The notes beneath the pieces were generated by a model. That model did not search any database. It was given only the letters and a program-made list of their open reading frames with translations, and was not told the origin of the DNA. 64,000 nt of DNA from an uncultured Gammaproteobacteria bacterium (GTDB lineage: Bacteria; Patescibacteriota; Microgenomatia; UBA10105; UBA927): contig CAYUUX010000001.1 in NCBI GenBank assembly GCA_964448085.1, forward strand, positions 22,465-86,464, written 5' to 3'. This document shows positions 20,071 through 30,774 of this stretch, piece after piece. Position 1 is the first letter of the stretch. Each line of letters opens with the position of its first letter. The position numbers were made by a program, and so were the translations under genes.

Positions 20071-21524
20071 TGTTGTTCTGGTCGAAGCGTCGGGAATAAT
20101 ATAACGTCTTTGATAGATTTTTGATCTTCCAGAATTGTGAGCAGTCTATCTATTCCCATGCCCCATCCTGCAGTTGGCGGCATTCCATATTCAAGCGCTC
20201 GGATATAATCCGCATCATACGATTCAAATTCTTTCTGACCACGCTTGCCGAGTTCCTCGGATTCATGCCACCGTTTTGCCTGATCCTGCGGATCATTTAA
20301 TTCGTTATATGCATTCAAAAGCTCTTCTCCAACAACGAGCAATTGAAAAGAAGCGGTAAACCGCGGATCCTCAGGAAGACGTTTTGCAAGTGACACGAAT
20401 GCTGTTGGACGGTTTGTCAAAAACAACGGATCGACAAGCTTTGGACGCACTGTTGCTTTATACATTGTGTCCAAAAGCGCTCCGTAGCCGATTGCATCCG
20501 ACGTATCAACTTTGATCCCTTTCTCCTGCATCGCAGCTTTTAGTTTTTTTTCATCGTCCGCAATTGCTATGTCAATTCCCGTATGTTGTAAAACCGCATC
20601 GCGGTAGGTAACACGCGGCCAGGGAGGCGTAAAATCCAGTTCTTTCCCTTGATAGGAGATTTTCGTGGTTCCCTTTATTTCTTTTATGAGACCGCTCAAC
20701 ATCTTTTCCGTATAATTCATGAGATCTTCATACGTTGCATATGCCCAATAAAATTCAAGCATGGTAAATTCAGGATTATGTTGCTTGCTCATCCCTTCAT
20801 TTCTGAAGTCTTTGCCAATCTCGTATACTTTCTCAAAACCGCCCACGATCAGTCGCTTCAAATAGAGCTCTACTGCAATACGCAGATATAAATCCGTATC
20901 CAATGCATGATGGTGAGTAATAAACGGCTTTGCGGATGCACCACCGTACAATGGTTGCAATACCGGTGTCTCCACCTCCATAAACCCCTCTTTATCTAAG
21001 AAAGCACGAAGATAGGATATTACTTTGGTTCGTGTTTCGAAGACCTTTCGCACGTCCTTATTCATCACCAGGTCCACATACCGCTGACGATACCGCTCTT
21101 CAATATCGGTTAATCCATGCCACTGATCCGGAAGCGGACGAATAGCCTTGGAAAGGATCGTCATCGTTTTGGCAAAAACGGATATCTCTCCTGCTTGTGT
21201 TTTTCCCACATCTCCCGTGACTTTAACAAAGTCTCCCATGTCTAAAAGCTCTATGAGCGAGAAAGATAGTTCTTCCATCACATCTGCTTTACAAACTATC
21301 TGCATCTTATCTGTCCTATCGGCAATATCCATGAAAAATATCTTTCCGTGTCCGCGAATAGCCATGATGCGTCCGGCGATGGCAACCGTTTTCCCATCTT
21401 TCTTCTTTGCTTCCGTGATAAGATCCCTTTCTCCTGCCTCTGCAGGATATGAGAGAATACCTTTCTTGGTAAGCTTTTCCAGCTTTTCTATTCTTGTTTT
21501 TCTCAGTTCATCGAGTGTTGGCAT
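20067..21524 (-). CDS. lysS: lysine--tRNA ligase (class II)
   Basis: RYRQRYVDL, FRNEG..HNPEFTMLEFY, GMPPTAGWGMGIDRL. Confidence 0.98.
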   Translation of the reverse strand: MPTLDELRKTRIEKLEKLTKKGILSYPAEAGERDLITEAKKKDGKTVAIAGRIMAIRGHGKIFFMDIADRTDKMQIVCKADVMEELSFSLIELLDMGDFVKVTGDVGKTQAGEISVFAKTMTILSKAIRPLPDQWHGLTDIEERYRQRYVDLVMNKDVRKVFETRTKVISYLRAFLDKEGFMEVETPVLQPLYGGASAKPFITHHHALDTDLYLRIAVELYLKRLIVGGFEKVYEIGKDFRNEGMSKQHNPEFTMLEFYWAYATYEDLMNYTEKMLSGLIKEIKGTTKISYQGKELDFTPPWPRVTYRDAVLQHTGIDIAIADDEKKLKAAMQEKGIKVDTSDAIGYGALLDTMYKATVRPKLVDPLFLTNRPTAFVSLAKRLPEDPRFTASFQLLVVGEELLNAYNELNDPQDQAKRWHESEELGKRGQKEFESYDADYIRALEYGMPPTAGWGMGIDRLLTILEDQKSIKDVILFPTLRPEQQ

Positions 21525-21541
21525 ATACTCCTATTATATAC

Positions 21542-21575
21542 AAAAACCCCGCTTCAGAAAGCGGGGTATTTTTTA
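21542..21575 (-). terminator. intrinsic terminator after greA
   Basis: aaaaaccccgct-tcagaa-agcggggtattttt hairpin. Confidence 0.85.
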
Positions 21576-21584
21576 TATTTCCAT

Positions 21585-22040
21585 TTATTCAATTGATAAT
21601 ATCTTGTAGACAATCTTCCCCGCCGGCGCCTCAACTTCAACTGTCTCTCCCGCTTTTTTACCCAAAAGCGCTTTTCCGAGCGGAGACGAATGGGAGATCT
21701 TTTTATTCATAGGATCCGCTTCCCATTCACCGACAAGAGAATATACATCTTTCTTTCCGTTAATATGAAGCGTTACTTTCGATCCGACATCAACGTGACT
21801 TTTTGTATGATTTGTCACAACTTTTGCGCCATGCAGAATTTCTTCAAGCTCTGCGATGCGACCATCTATAAAAGACAAATCCTGTTTTGCAGCGGCATAT
21901 TCACTGTTTTCCGATAAATCTCCGTTATCACGGGCATCAGAAAGCCTCTGCACCGCTGCTGGACGCTTGGTCTTCAACAAATCCTCGTGCTCAAGACGAA
22001 GCTCTTCCAGTCCTTCTTTGGTAAGTAATTGTCTATCCAT
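21585..22040 (-). CDS. greA: transcription elongation factor GreA
   Basis: GDLSENSEY, ISHSSPLGKALLG. Confidence 0.96.
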   Translation of the reverse strand: MDRQLLTKEGLEELRLEHEDLLKTKRPAAVQRLSDARDNGDLSENSEYAAAKQDLSFIDGRIAELEEILHGAKVVTNHTKSHVDVGSKVTLHINGKKDVYSLVGEWEADPMNKKISHSSPLGKALLGKKAGETVEVEAPAGKIVYKILSIE

Positions 22041-22054
22041 ATATCCTTTTATTC

Positions 22055-22166
22055 AAAAAAAAACTTCCCTCAGTCATGTTACTCTCGGCTTTGGAAGCAG
22101 AATAATTGCGTGTCTGGAATACCGGACACAATGGTAAAGTTTACCCAAGTCTTCTTGTGATGTCAA
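22055..22166 (-). promoter_or_regulatory. greA promoter (TTGACA-17-TAAACT) and leader containing a terminator-like element
   Basis: -35 at 22161-22166, -10 at 22138-22143; CTTCC...GGAAG followed by T9 at 22055-22097. Confidence 0.65.
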
Positions 22167-22219
22167 GTGCTTACTGGTACAATACAGACGAATTCTTTTG
22201 CTCTTTTGAAGCTAAATTT

Positions 22220-22293
22220 GCCCCCATCGTCTAGCGGCCTAGGACGGCGCCTTCTCAAGGCGCAGACCGCCGGTTCGAATCCGGCTGGGGGTA
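22220..22293 (+). tRNA. tRNA-Glu(CTC), CCA not encoded
   Basis: Cloverleaf: GCCCCCA/TGGGGGT acceptor, GCGCC-TTCTCAA-GGCGC anticodon arm, GCCGG-TTCGAAT-CCGGC T arm; upstream TGgTACAAT -10. Confidence 0.95.
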
Positions 22294-22398
22294 CCCAATT
22301 CCGACTTGTTAATATTCAAATAGTTTGAATTTTTTCTCTTCAGCTACTTTATTGCTATATATCCCTCCATTTGATATACTATGGGCTATTATCATTCT

Positions 22399-23802
22399 AT
22401 GAATCATGAGTCTTTTCCCCTTTATAGCCAGTCAGACAGGGAACCAATCTTACCCACAGAATCACTATTATTACCGGCTACTAGAAAAATTGCCCAAATG
22501 TTCCATTCTATATATAACCAAAATGTCCCATCGGGCATTCAAGAACGATTTAATGAATTGAAGAACAATAGCACTCAACACATTTCTATAGATCAATCCA
22601 TCGATGGAACAAGCTTTTCTTCAAACGATCCGAATTCAAGAGATGTTGTTGGATATATGGATCCAGAAACAGATATTATTCATCTCCCAAACGCATCAAG
22701 AGAATCAACGGTAATACATGAAATGTTCCATTTTCTTTCCTCCAACCCATCAACGAAACATTCTGGATTTCATTACCATAACGTTCTCTGGACAAAATAT
22801 TTAAACGAAGCATTTACTGAATTTCTAACCTTTAATACCATACGTCGTGATGTTCATGGCGTATTGAAGCCTGATGCTAATTCAGACAATGCACAAAGAG
22901 GAATAGAAAAATACTTAACTCGTGGGTATGATCCCTATGAAGAGAAAACAGAAAGCTATAGAACTGCCTATGATACCTTGCTTGATACTGTTACCTATAT
23001 CCCATCAGACAAAAAAAAGGATGTTATGATCCGGTTCATTGATAGCTATTTTTCACAAAATCTTGACGGGGTTATTGACGCGCTTTCGCTATTTACATAC
23101 ACCGATTACACTGATTTTGACAAACGAAAAGGGCCACCAATCAAACGTTTAGTATCAGAATTCCTTCATGAAAGTTTTGAAAATATCGCATTGCATAAGA
23201 TTGAAACATGGAAAGATCATTTAGACCATCTTCCATTAACAACGAATTTATTTTCTACCACAAAAGAGCGATCCGAATATGCAGTTATCCAAAAAATGGT
23301 GCGGCTGATAACGCAACAAAGCAAGGATACTCTCGTCGATGTTCATATATTGTTTTCAGACAATATCAAACAAAGAAAAGGTATACAAACGGATATGTAT
23401 TCTAATAACTTATCATCATTTATCTTGATTAGTACTGATTTATTAGATGCAAGCAAGTACTTAATTCTTTCCAACACTGGGGTCTTCTGGGAAGCGTATC
23501 GATTGCTTTTATTAGAACAGGCAGCAACGTTAGCCCAACACAGCATCATATTTAATAAAAAAGACGTACAGAATGCAATGTCGTCAGTTATAAGCCGGAT
23601 TGATCCGAATCAGCAAAAAACCGTTGATGTACTTCGACAACTTCTGCAAAACGACCCTGGTAATCCTCGTCATATGGATATGATACGTAGTATTCTTGGC
23701 ATTGACGATATCTTCTCAATGGTTATCGATGATGGTATTGAGAAGATATCTTCCATACGACAAGTCGACACCGTACTCAGACGTTATAAAAACAAACATT
23801 AA
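22399..23802 (+). CDS. AT-rich hypothetical protein with gluzincin-like metalloprotease motif
   Basis: VIHEMFH followed by LNEAFTE; no signal peptide. Confidence 0.6.
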   Translation: MNHESFPLYSQSDREPILPTESLLLPATRKIAQMFHSIYNQNVPSGIQERFNELKNNSTQHISIDQSIDGTSFSSNDPNSRDVVGYMDPETDIIHLPNASRESTVIHEMFHFLSSNPSTKHSGFHYHNVLWTKYLNEAFTEFLTFNTIRRDVHGVLKPDANSDNAQRGIEKYLTRGYDPYEEKTESYRTAYDTLLDTVTYIPSDKKKDVMIRFIDSYFSQNLDGVIDALSLFTYTDYTDFDKRKGPPIKRLVSEFLHESFENIALHKIETWKDHLDHLPLTTNLFSTTKERSEYAVIQKMVRLITQQSKDTLVDVHILFSDNIKQRKGIQTDMYSNNLSSFILISTDLLDASKYLILSNTGVFWEAYRLLLLEQAATLAQHSIIFNKKDVQNAMSSVISRIDPNQQKTVDVLRQLLQNDPGNPRHMDMIRSILGIDDIFSMVIDDGIEKISSIRQVDTVLRRYKNKH

Positions 23803-23928
23803 ACCAAAACACGAAGTATAAAATAACAACACCCGTTAGCTAGGATCTACTTCATCTATCATAATTTCACTTTCCACCCTTCATAAACACCTTTACACCT
23901 TATGTAATAGGACATATCATGGATATAT

Positions 23929-24486
23929 ATGAAAAAAGCACCAAAAACGGCAGAGCCGACTGTAGAACCAATAACGAATAGCGTTGAGGAACAAATTCCT
24001 CCCGCCCCACCAGTTGAACCGATTACCCCGCCTCCAACAGTTCGGAAAAATACTGCACTTTTCCCTTTATTATTCCTCGTTCTGGTTGCAGCAGGACTCA
24101 TCGTAGCGTTTCCGGATGTGCAAAACATTGTTTCCCAAGCAGCATCTAAAAAATGTCAACCCATCGCACGCGTTATGATCAACCCTGGGTCTATTGAAAC
24201 AATGACAAACAGTAAGGCTACAGAACTCTCGGTTATGGCATATGACAAATACAACATGCCGGTAAAACAGGGAGTAAAATACGACTGGGGAATTAGTTCA
24301 ACAAACAGTGTCGGCACGGTAAAAGCTCGCCACGACTTGGCAACATTTATCCCTTCAAATGTTGGTATGGGAGACTTATACGTAAAGACGACCAACAACT
24401 GCACAAAAAATGCGGTCATTGGTTCCGCAAAGGTCATTGTGAAGCAGGGTATTGCCCCGACACCGACAACGAAGAAAAGAAAATAA
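23929..24486 (+). CDS. membrane-anchored protein with Ig-like beta domain
   Basis: Pro-rich N-terminus, one TM, beta-rich domain with a Cys pair. Confidence 0.65.
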   Translation: MKKAPKTAEPTVEPITNSVEEQIPPAPPVEPITPPPTVRKNTALFPLLFLVLVAAGLIVAFPDVQNIVSQAASKKCQPIARVMINPGSIETMTNSKATELSVMAYDKYNMPVKQGVKYDWGISSTNSVGTVKARHDLATFIPSNVGMGDLYVKTTNNCTKNAVIGSAKVIVKQGIAPTPTTKKRK

Positions 24487-24534
24487 CCGCACGCTGTTCA
24501 GTTATTCTTGCAGTGTTTATGCTACAATTTGGAC

Positions 24535-25476
24535 ATGATTTGGGAGCGACATAAACGTTCTGGAGTATCAAAACTTTTTCGGTTAATCATTTTTTTTGCA
24601 TGCGTTGTGGGTTGTATAGTTCTTTTCCGACGCATTTTTCCAAAACCAGTAGTTATTTCCCCCATTCCCCCGGAAGAAAAACAAGAGGTAGCGTCAAACA
24701 ACATTCTTTCACTCTTTAGAGCGAAAAAAAATCCTGATGATCTAAAAAAACGCATCCGGGAGACGATCGGGTTGACATGGAAAAACTATTCCATCCTTGT
24801 TGTGGATACGCAATCTGATTTTCGGGCAGGAATTAATGAGGAACAAATCTATACTGCCGCATCCGTAAATAAAATACCGATTCTCGCAGCGCTCTATATT
24901 CAGGTGCAAGCAGGAAAAGTAGATTTAGATAAAAGCATCACGCTTCAAGCTGAAGATATCCAAGATTACGGTACCGGGTCCATCCGCTATTCCCCACCTG
25001 GTACGACGTATTCAATTAAAACACTTGCCAAGCTTATGATGCAACAAAGCGACAACACCGCGGCGTATATCCTTTCCAACCATATCGTTGGTGTTGATGT
25101 TGTCCAGCAGTTCGTTTCCGATTGGGGAATGACGCAGACAGATATGATTAACAACAAAACCTCCAACGCCGATATTGCCGCGCTTATCAAAAAAATCTAT
25201 GAAGGGAAGATCGCCAATGTTGCATACACAAAAGAAATGCTTTCCTTTTTCAAGGATGGAGAATTTGAGGATCGTCTTCCGGGGCTTCTTCCAAAAGACG
25301 TGACTGTATATCACAAAATCGGCACAGAAATCGGCATCATGCATGATGTGGGTATCGTGGTTGGACCAACGACCAAATATTATATTGGAATTCTGACGAG
25401 TGACGTCAATGATGAGGAAGCGACAACAAAATTGATGGCAAAGGTATCCAAACTCGTCTACGATTACATGAATTAA
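24535..25476 (+). CDS. membrane-anchored serine hydrolase, class A beta-lactamase-like fold
   Basis: SVNK (SxxK), SDN, HKIG motifs. Confidence 0.85.
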   Translation: MIWERHKRSGVSKLFRLIIFFACVVGCIVLFRRIFPKPVVISPIPPEEKQEVASNNILSLFRAKKNPDDLKKRIRETIGLTWKNYSILVVDTQSDFRAGINEEQIYTAASVNKIPILAALYIQVQAGKVDLDKSITLQAEDIQDYGTGSIRYSPPGTTYSIKTLAKLMMQQSDNTAAYILSNHIVGVDVVQQFVSDWGMTQTDMINNKTSNADIAALIKKIYEGKIANVAYTKEMLSFFKDGEFEDRLPGLLPKDVTVYHKIGTEIGIMHDVGIVVGPTTKYYIGILTSDVNDEEATTKLMAKVSKLVYDYMN

Positions 25477-25479
25477 CGA

Positions 25480-27882
25480 CTATTTCTTGGAGGGTGATTT
25501 CGTAAGTGCTATCTTCAATACCTCATCCATATGTTCCACAAAGTGAAATGCGAGATCTTTTTTCACCTCAGTTGGAATATCTTCCATATCTTTTTTGTTA
25601 TTTTTTGGAAGCACCACGACTTTGATACCCGCTCGGTGAGCGGCTATGACTTTTTCCTTAACCCCTCCGATTTCCATAACTCGCCCACGCAGCGTAATTT
25701 CCCCAGTCATGGCAACCGCTTTTTTCACAGGAATCTTTGTGAATGCTGAAACGATTGCTGTAGCGATGGCAGCGCCTGCTGAAGGTCCATCTTTCGGCAC
25801 GGCACCTTCCGGCACATGAACATGCACATCCAGTTTCTGGAAGAATTTTTCTGCCAACCCGAATGTTTTATATCGGCTTCTGACATAGGACATCGCCGCT
25901 TGTGCAGACTCTTTCATAACGTCTCCAAGTTGTCCCGTAAGAAGAAGACTGCCTCTCCCCGGCATGAGGGCAACTTCAATAAAAAGAATTTCTCCACCTG
26001 CTTCGGTCCAAGCCATACCAGTAGACATTCCCACTTCGTCTTTCTTCTCAGCTAACATTGAACTGAATTTCCGAGGACCAAGATATTCCGGAAGCTCTTT
26101 ATGTGAAATGAGGAGTTTTTTCCTCTTGGATTCTTCCATGTCGGCAATCTTCCGTGCAACTTTTCGATATAACGCGGCTACTTCCCGCTCTAAATTTCTG
26201 ACCCCGGCTTCCCGCGTATAGGTTCGGATTACATCCAAAATAGCATCGTCTGTTATTTTGACTAGCTTCTCGGGTATACCGTGCACGCCGCGCTGTTTTT
26301 CCAAAAGGAAATCCTTCACAATGTGATATTTCTCAACTTCCGTATACCCTGCAAAGTGAATCACTTCCAAACGATCACGGAGCGCAGGCGGAATGGTATC
26401 CAACACGTTGCAGGTAGTTATAAAGAACACGTCGGAAAGATCGAATGGCACGTCAAGATAATGATCAGAAAATGCGTAATTTTGTTCAGGATCAAGCGCT
26501 TCAAGCAGCGCGCTTGACGGGTCGCCACGAAAATCCGTTCCCACCTTATCGATTTCATCCAGCATAAAAACAGGATTCTTCGTCCCAGCCTGTTTGACTC
26601 CCTGGATAATGCGACCGGGGAGTGCACCAACGTACGTTCTGCGATGTCCCCGTATCTCCGCTTCATCCCGAATACCGCCTAGAGACATTTTCACAAACTT
26701 CCGCCCCAAAGATCGGGCAATGGATTTACCTATAGATGTTTTTCCTACTCCAGGAGGTCCAACAAAGCAAAGGATGGTTGGAGAAGATTTGCTTTTTCTT
26801 TTTTGCTCTTTTCCTGTTTCCTTTTTTTCTGAGATTTCTTCCCCGTCTTTGCTTCTCAGTTTCATTACGGCAAGATATTCAAGTATCCGTTCCTTAATCT
26901 TTTCCAAACCATAATGGTCTTCGTTCAAAACAGCGGCTGCGTCTTTTATATTTACGTTGTTGGGACTTGCCACTGCCCAGGGTAATTCCACTAATGTATC
27001 AAGATATGTCCTCACATAGGAAGTTTCAGGATTGTATTGGGACATTTGCGCCAGACGGGACAACTCTTTTTCCGCTTTCTTTCTCACTTCCTCAGGCATA
27101 CCCGCTTTCCTTATTTTATCTCCCAGTTCTTTAATCTCCTTGTTATCGTCATCTTCTCCAAGCTCTTTTTCAATTGTCTTCATGCGCTCTCGCAACACCT
27201 GTTCTCTTACGTTCTTGTCAAATTTTGCCTGCGTTTTATTGGCAATATTTTGTTCCAATTCAAGAACCTTCACTTCTTTTGCAAGGTAAAATGCTTCTTT
27301 GGAAAACCGTTCTTTCACGGAATGCATTTCCAATAGTTCCTGACGCTGACTGGGTTTGAGATCCAAAATGCTTGCGATTTGATAGGAAAGCGTCAACGGC
27401 ATGGTGCCGGACATAATGTTCATGAATGTCAGGAAATCAATGGTTTTCCCTAATTTCACCGAATGCTTTAATTGATTGCTTAAATGATTGAAAAGCGCTT
27501 TCGTTTCCTCATCATCCTCAATAGTATCCGTCAATTCAAAGCCCCGTGCGACAAAAAACGGTTCAACCGCTTCATATGAAGTAATGTCTACTTTCGCGTT
27601 CCCCCGGATAAGCGCATTGATTTCCCCTTCATTCTTCATCATTTGAACGATTTCGCCCATAACCCCTATCTGAAAAAGGTCCGAAGGAACAGGATCATTA
27701 ATATTCTGATTGCGCTGCATGACGAAGATTACTTTCTTTCCCGTATTTTGCGCGGCCTCAATGGAAGCAACGGAGCGCTGTCTGCCGAAGGTGAGGATCA
27801 TCTCGGTATTGGGAAATACTATTCCGTCCCGAATCGGTACAACGGGCAAAAGATGTTCTTTTGTTGGAAATGGTTCATCCAT
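25480..27882 (-). CDS. lon: ATP-dependent protease Lon
   Basis: [31 protein letters not shown]. Confidence 0.98.
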   Translation of the reverse strand: MDEPFPTKEHLLPVVPIRDGIVFPNTEMILTFGRQRSVASIEAAQNTGKKVIFVMQRNQNINDPVPSDLFQIGVMGEIVQMMKNEGEINALIRGNAKVDITSYEAVEPFFVARGFELTDTIEDDEETKALFNHLSNQLKHSVKLGKTIDFLTFMNIMSGTMPLTLSYQIASILDLKPSQRQELLEMHSVKERFSKEAFYLAKEVKVLELEQNIANKTQAKFDKNVREQVLRERMKTIEKELGEDDDNKEIKELGDKIRKAGMPEEVRKKAEKELSRLAQMSQYNPETSYVRTYLDTLVELPWAVASPNNVNIKDAAAVLNEDHYGLEKIKERILEYLAVMKLRSKDGEEISEKKETGKEQKRKSKSSPTILCFVGPPGVGKTSIGKSIARSLGRKFVKMSLGGIRDEAEIRGHRRTYVGALPGRIIQGVKQAGTKNPVFMLDEIDKVGTDFRGDPSSALLEALDPEQNYAFSDHYLDVPFDLSDVFFITTCNVLDTIPPALRDRLEVIHFAGYTEVEKYHIVKDFLLEKQRGVHGIPEKLVKITDDAILDVIRTYTREAGVRNLEREVAALYRKVARKIADMEESKRKKLLISHKELPEYLGPRKFSSMLAEKKDEVGMSTGMAWTEAGGEILFIEVALMPGRGSLLLTGQLGDVMKESAQAAMSYVRSRYKTFGLAEKFFQKLDVHVHVPEGAVPKDGPSAGAAIATAIVSAFTKIPVKKAVAMTGEITLRGRVMEIGGVKEKVIAAHRAGIKVVVLPKNNKKDMEDIPTEVKKDLAFHFVEHMDEVLKIALTKSPSKK

Positions 27883-27891
27883 ATGTCTTTA

Positions 27892-27918
27892 TTAGCAGTC
27901 AAGTATAACAAGTGCTAA
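27892..27918 (-). promoter_or_regulatory. CIRCE element (HrcA operator) overlapping the lon -10 box
   Basis: TTAGCACTT-N9-GACTGCTAA versus consensus TTAGCACTC-N9-GAGTGCTAA; promoter TTGACA (27925-27930)-17-TATACT (27902-27907). Confidence 0.88.
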
Positions 27919-27931
27919 GGCTGCTGTCAAC

Positions 27932-28783
27932 TTAGATAAAAAGACCCAACACACCAGAGGTTTCTATTGTTACAACCTGCTGTTGGGCAAGAGGGCCGTT
28001 TTTGAGCACAATTTCCCGATCTTCACTGGTTTTTTCGTTCCGTTTGTGAAACACACCTATGGGTATTTTTTCCCCAAACGTCATCGCAGTTTCCAACGCC
28101 CGTTTTCGATCGGCAAGATTTTCTTCTGTTATGTTCACTTTTTGTATTCGTTCCCTGTACCATTCGTACGTATGGATTTTATCAAACGTTACACAGGGTT
28201 GGAGCATATCAACAACTGAAAATCCTTTGTGTGTTATTGCCTGTGCAATAAGTTCGGTAAGATGCGGAATATCCCCCGTAAACCCTCTGGCTGCAAATGT
28301 TGCGCCAGAAAAAACCGCAAGGGAAGAAGGGGTAAATGGCATATCCGTTACACCTTCCGGTGTTGATTTTGTCACCATACCGACTTGCGCTGTTGGTGAT
28401 GCCTGACCCGTTGTCAGCCCATACACTTCATTGTTGTGGATAAGGACCGTAATATCCGGATTTCTTCGTGCAGCGTGGATAAAATGATTGCCACCCTCCC
28501 CCAAACAGTCTCCATCCCCGGTAACCGCGATAACCGTAAGTTCGGGGTTGGCTAGTTTAATGCCTTGCGCAACGGGGAGAGCGCGTCCATGAAGCCCCTG
28601 CACCCCGTATACGTTCATCCAATCACGCATATTCCCATGACAGCCGACGCCATAGACTATAACAATTTTTTCTCGTGCTATTGTAAGTTTTGTCAGTGCA
28701 TTCTTCAATGCCATCCAAATGCCGAAATTGCCGCAACCGGGGCACCACGTCGGCTTAAAACCGGTATGAAATTGATCATCCAT
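27932..28783 (-). CDS. 2-oxoacid:ferredoxin oxidoreductase beta subunit
   Basis: WCPGCG, GLHGR, TPP motif GDGD...NN, YGLTTGQASPT. Confidence 0.95.
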   Translation of the reverse strand: MDDQFHTGFKPTWCPGCGNFGIWMALKNALTKLTIAREKIVIVYGVGCHGNMRDWMNVYGVQGLHGRALPVAQGIKLANPELTVIAVTGDGDCLGEGGNHFIHAARRNPDITVLIHNNEVYGLTTGQASPTAQVGMVTKSTPEGVTDMPFTPSSLAVFSGATFAARGFTGDIPHLTELIAQAITHKGFSVVDMLQPCVTFDKIHTYEWYRERIQKVNITEENLADRKRALETAMTFGEKIPIGVFHKRNEKTSEDREIVLKNGPLAQQQVVTIETSGVLGLFI

Positions 28784-30509
28784 TCGACTGTCCTTTCATT
28801 TTCAACACAATATCTTCACTGGTCCATTGCCGCCCATCATATTTCAACCATTGTTCTTCAATGGTAATTCCCGTCGCCTCACGGATGAGGTTTCTTAATT
28901 GTCCTGTTGCGTTTTGTTCTATGCATATCAGGCGTTTTTTCCCGGACAGGATAGGCACGATCTGTGACTCAACCATCGGAAAAACGTAGGAGAAATGCAC
29001 AAGCTGTGCCTTTATCCCAATTTTTTTTGCTTCTGCAATTGCATCCAAGATAACACCCTTTGTGGAACCAAACGATACAAATGTAACATCTGCATCGTCA
29101 TCACCGAACACGCTTGGTTTTGGAATACTTTTTTTTATCGCTTCCATTTTACGCAACCGTTTATTCACCATGTTTTTTCTCATTGTCGCATCCTCTGTCG
29201 TATATCCATGTTCATCGTGCTCATAGGAATTCGCTATGTATTCACGGTTCTTATCCCCCGGTAGGCTTCGTGAAGAAATTCCTTCGGGAGCCCCAACGTC
29301 ATACCGTTTGAATATCGATATGTCTGCCTGTGCCACTTGACTCTGTTTGTTTCCAGCCTCCTGCATGCTCCCCTGAGAAATCTGCCATTGTGTTTCATTT
29401 ATGTATTTATCCGTCAAGAGAAAAACAGGCGTCTGAAACCGATCCGCGAGATCAAATGCATGCTTTGTTAGTGTAAAACATTCGTTTGCATCACCCGGTG
29501 CAAGGATGATGCGCGGAAATTCCCCATGTCCTGCGTGTAAAACCATTTGAAGTTCACCCTGTTCTGTCCATGTCGGCATACCTGTTGCGGGCCCCGGCCG
29601 CATGCCAAGATCAATAACCACGGGAACTTCCATGATGCCTGCCATGGAAACACCTTCCACCATCAGCGCAAACCCTCCTCCCGATGTTGCAACCAGACTT
29701 CTGGCACCTGCAAGTGATGCACCGATTGCCATATTCATACCCGCTATTTCATCTTCCGGTTGCTTATAGACGATGCCAAATTCCTTTGCGTGATCGGCAA
29801 ATAATGGGATAAGTGCATTAATTGGGGTCATCGGATATATCGCTGCAAATTTCATGCCTCCAGCAACTGCACCAAGTCCTGCAGCTTCACTTCCATTCAA
29901 CACCATTTGCGCGTCTTGCACTGACCCCGCATCAATATGTAAATCCGCCTTTTCTGGATACCTGCTTTTTGCTTCATCGTATCCGATTCTTGCTATTGCA
30001 ATATTCTCCTCAACAATTGCTTGTCCTTTCCCTTTAAACTGATCGGCGATCACTTTCTCCAACTGCGCTATATCCTTCCCGAAGAAATACATCGTTGCAC
30101 CCAGCGCAATCGTATTCTTCATAACGGCATCGCCACCACGCGCGTCAACCAAATCACCAAAAGGAATTGGGATGAGGACAACTGGACGTGTGAATTCTTC
30201 AGGCTTCCATGCATATTCCTTTGGATCAAACACGACATACGCGCCCTCGCTTAATTCCGACTGGTGGAAAGCAACAGCGTCTTTATTCAGCGCTATCAGC
30301 AATTCTATAGAACGTTTTGGCGCATGTACGATCTGCGTTGTTATTCGGACGTGTACGAAATTATGTCCTCCACGGATCAACGAAGGGTATTCATTGCTTG
30401 CGATAACGCCGTATCCGTCCCTTGATAATGTTTTTGCAAGCATCGTCCCCGCAGACATGATGCCGAATCCTGCCTCACCACCAATAGCCCACGTAATATC
30501 ATTTCTCAT
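28776..30509 (-). CDS. 2-oxoacid:ferredoxin oxidoreductase alpha subunit (gamma-alpha fusion)
   Basis: GGEAGFG, IRGG, YPMTP, EDEIA, TSGGG, RPGPATGMPT. Confidence 0.95.
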   Translation of the reverse strand: MRNDITWAIGGEAGFGIMSAGTMLAKTLSRDGYGVIASNEYPSLIRGGHNFVHVRITTQIVHAPKRSIELLIALNKDAVAFHQSELSEGAYVVFDPKEYAWKPEEFTRPVVLIPIPFGDLVDARGGDAVMKNTIALGATMYFFGKDIAQLEKVIADQFKGKGQAIVEENIAIARIGYDEAKSRYPEKADLHIDAGSVQDAQMVLNGSEAAGLGAVAGGMKFAAIYPMTPINALIPLFADHAKEFGIVYKQPEDEIAGMNMAIGASLAGARSLVATSGGGFALMVEGVSMAGIMEVPVVIDLGMRPGPATGMPTWTEQGELQMVLHAGHGEFPRIILAPGDANECFTLTKHAFDLADRFQTPVFLLTDKYINETQWQISQGSMQEAGNKQSQVAQADISIFKRYDVGAPEGISSRSLPGDKNREYIANSYEHDEHGYTTEDATMRKNMVNKRLRKMEAIKKSIPKPSVFGDDDADVTFVSFGSTKGVILDAIAEAKKIGIKAQLVHFSYVFPMVESQIVPILSGKKRLICIEQNATGQLRNLIREATGITIEEQWLKYDGRQWTSEDIVLKMKGQSNG

Positions 30510-30511
30510 AA

Positions 30512-30766
30512 TTAGGGAAAAATTGTCTTGCCGGTTGCATCCTGTATGGATATTGCCATTACCGGACATCCTTTTGCCGCATGGAGTACCGATTCTTCCG
30601 ATTCCTGTTCTGCACCCGGCAAAAACACTGCTTTTGCTTCGCCGTCCAAAACAAACGCTTTGGGAGCGAGTGCTATGCAGGTTGCCGCGCCAATACATAA
30701 ACTCCTATCAATTGTGACCGTATAGGAACCAATTTTTTGTGTGGTTTTGGGTGTATCTGTATTCAT
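30512..30766 (-). CDS. single-cluster ferredoxin (probably [3Fe-4S])
   Basis: CIGAATC...CP motif. Confidence 0.9.
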   Translation of the reverse strand: MNTDTPKTTQKIGSYTVTIDRSLCIGAATCIALAPKAFVLDGEAKAVFLPGAEQESEESVLHAAKGCPVMAISIQDATGKTIFP

Positions 30767-30774
30767 GAGGTTTA

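Noticed and set aside
28776-30698. N-terminal extensions in the ORF track (OFOR alpha, M23, FtsX, CCA enzyme, 52818 ORF, MTase 18360)
   Set aside because: They overlap neighbouring real genes; downstream ATGs with SD, -10 or stop-start coupling fit better
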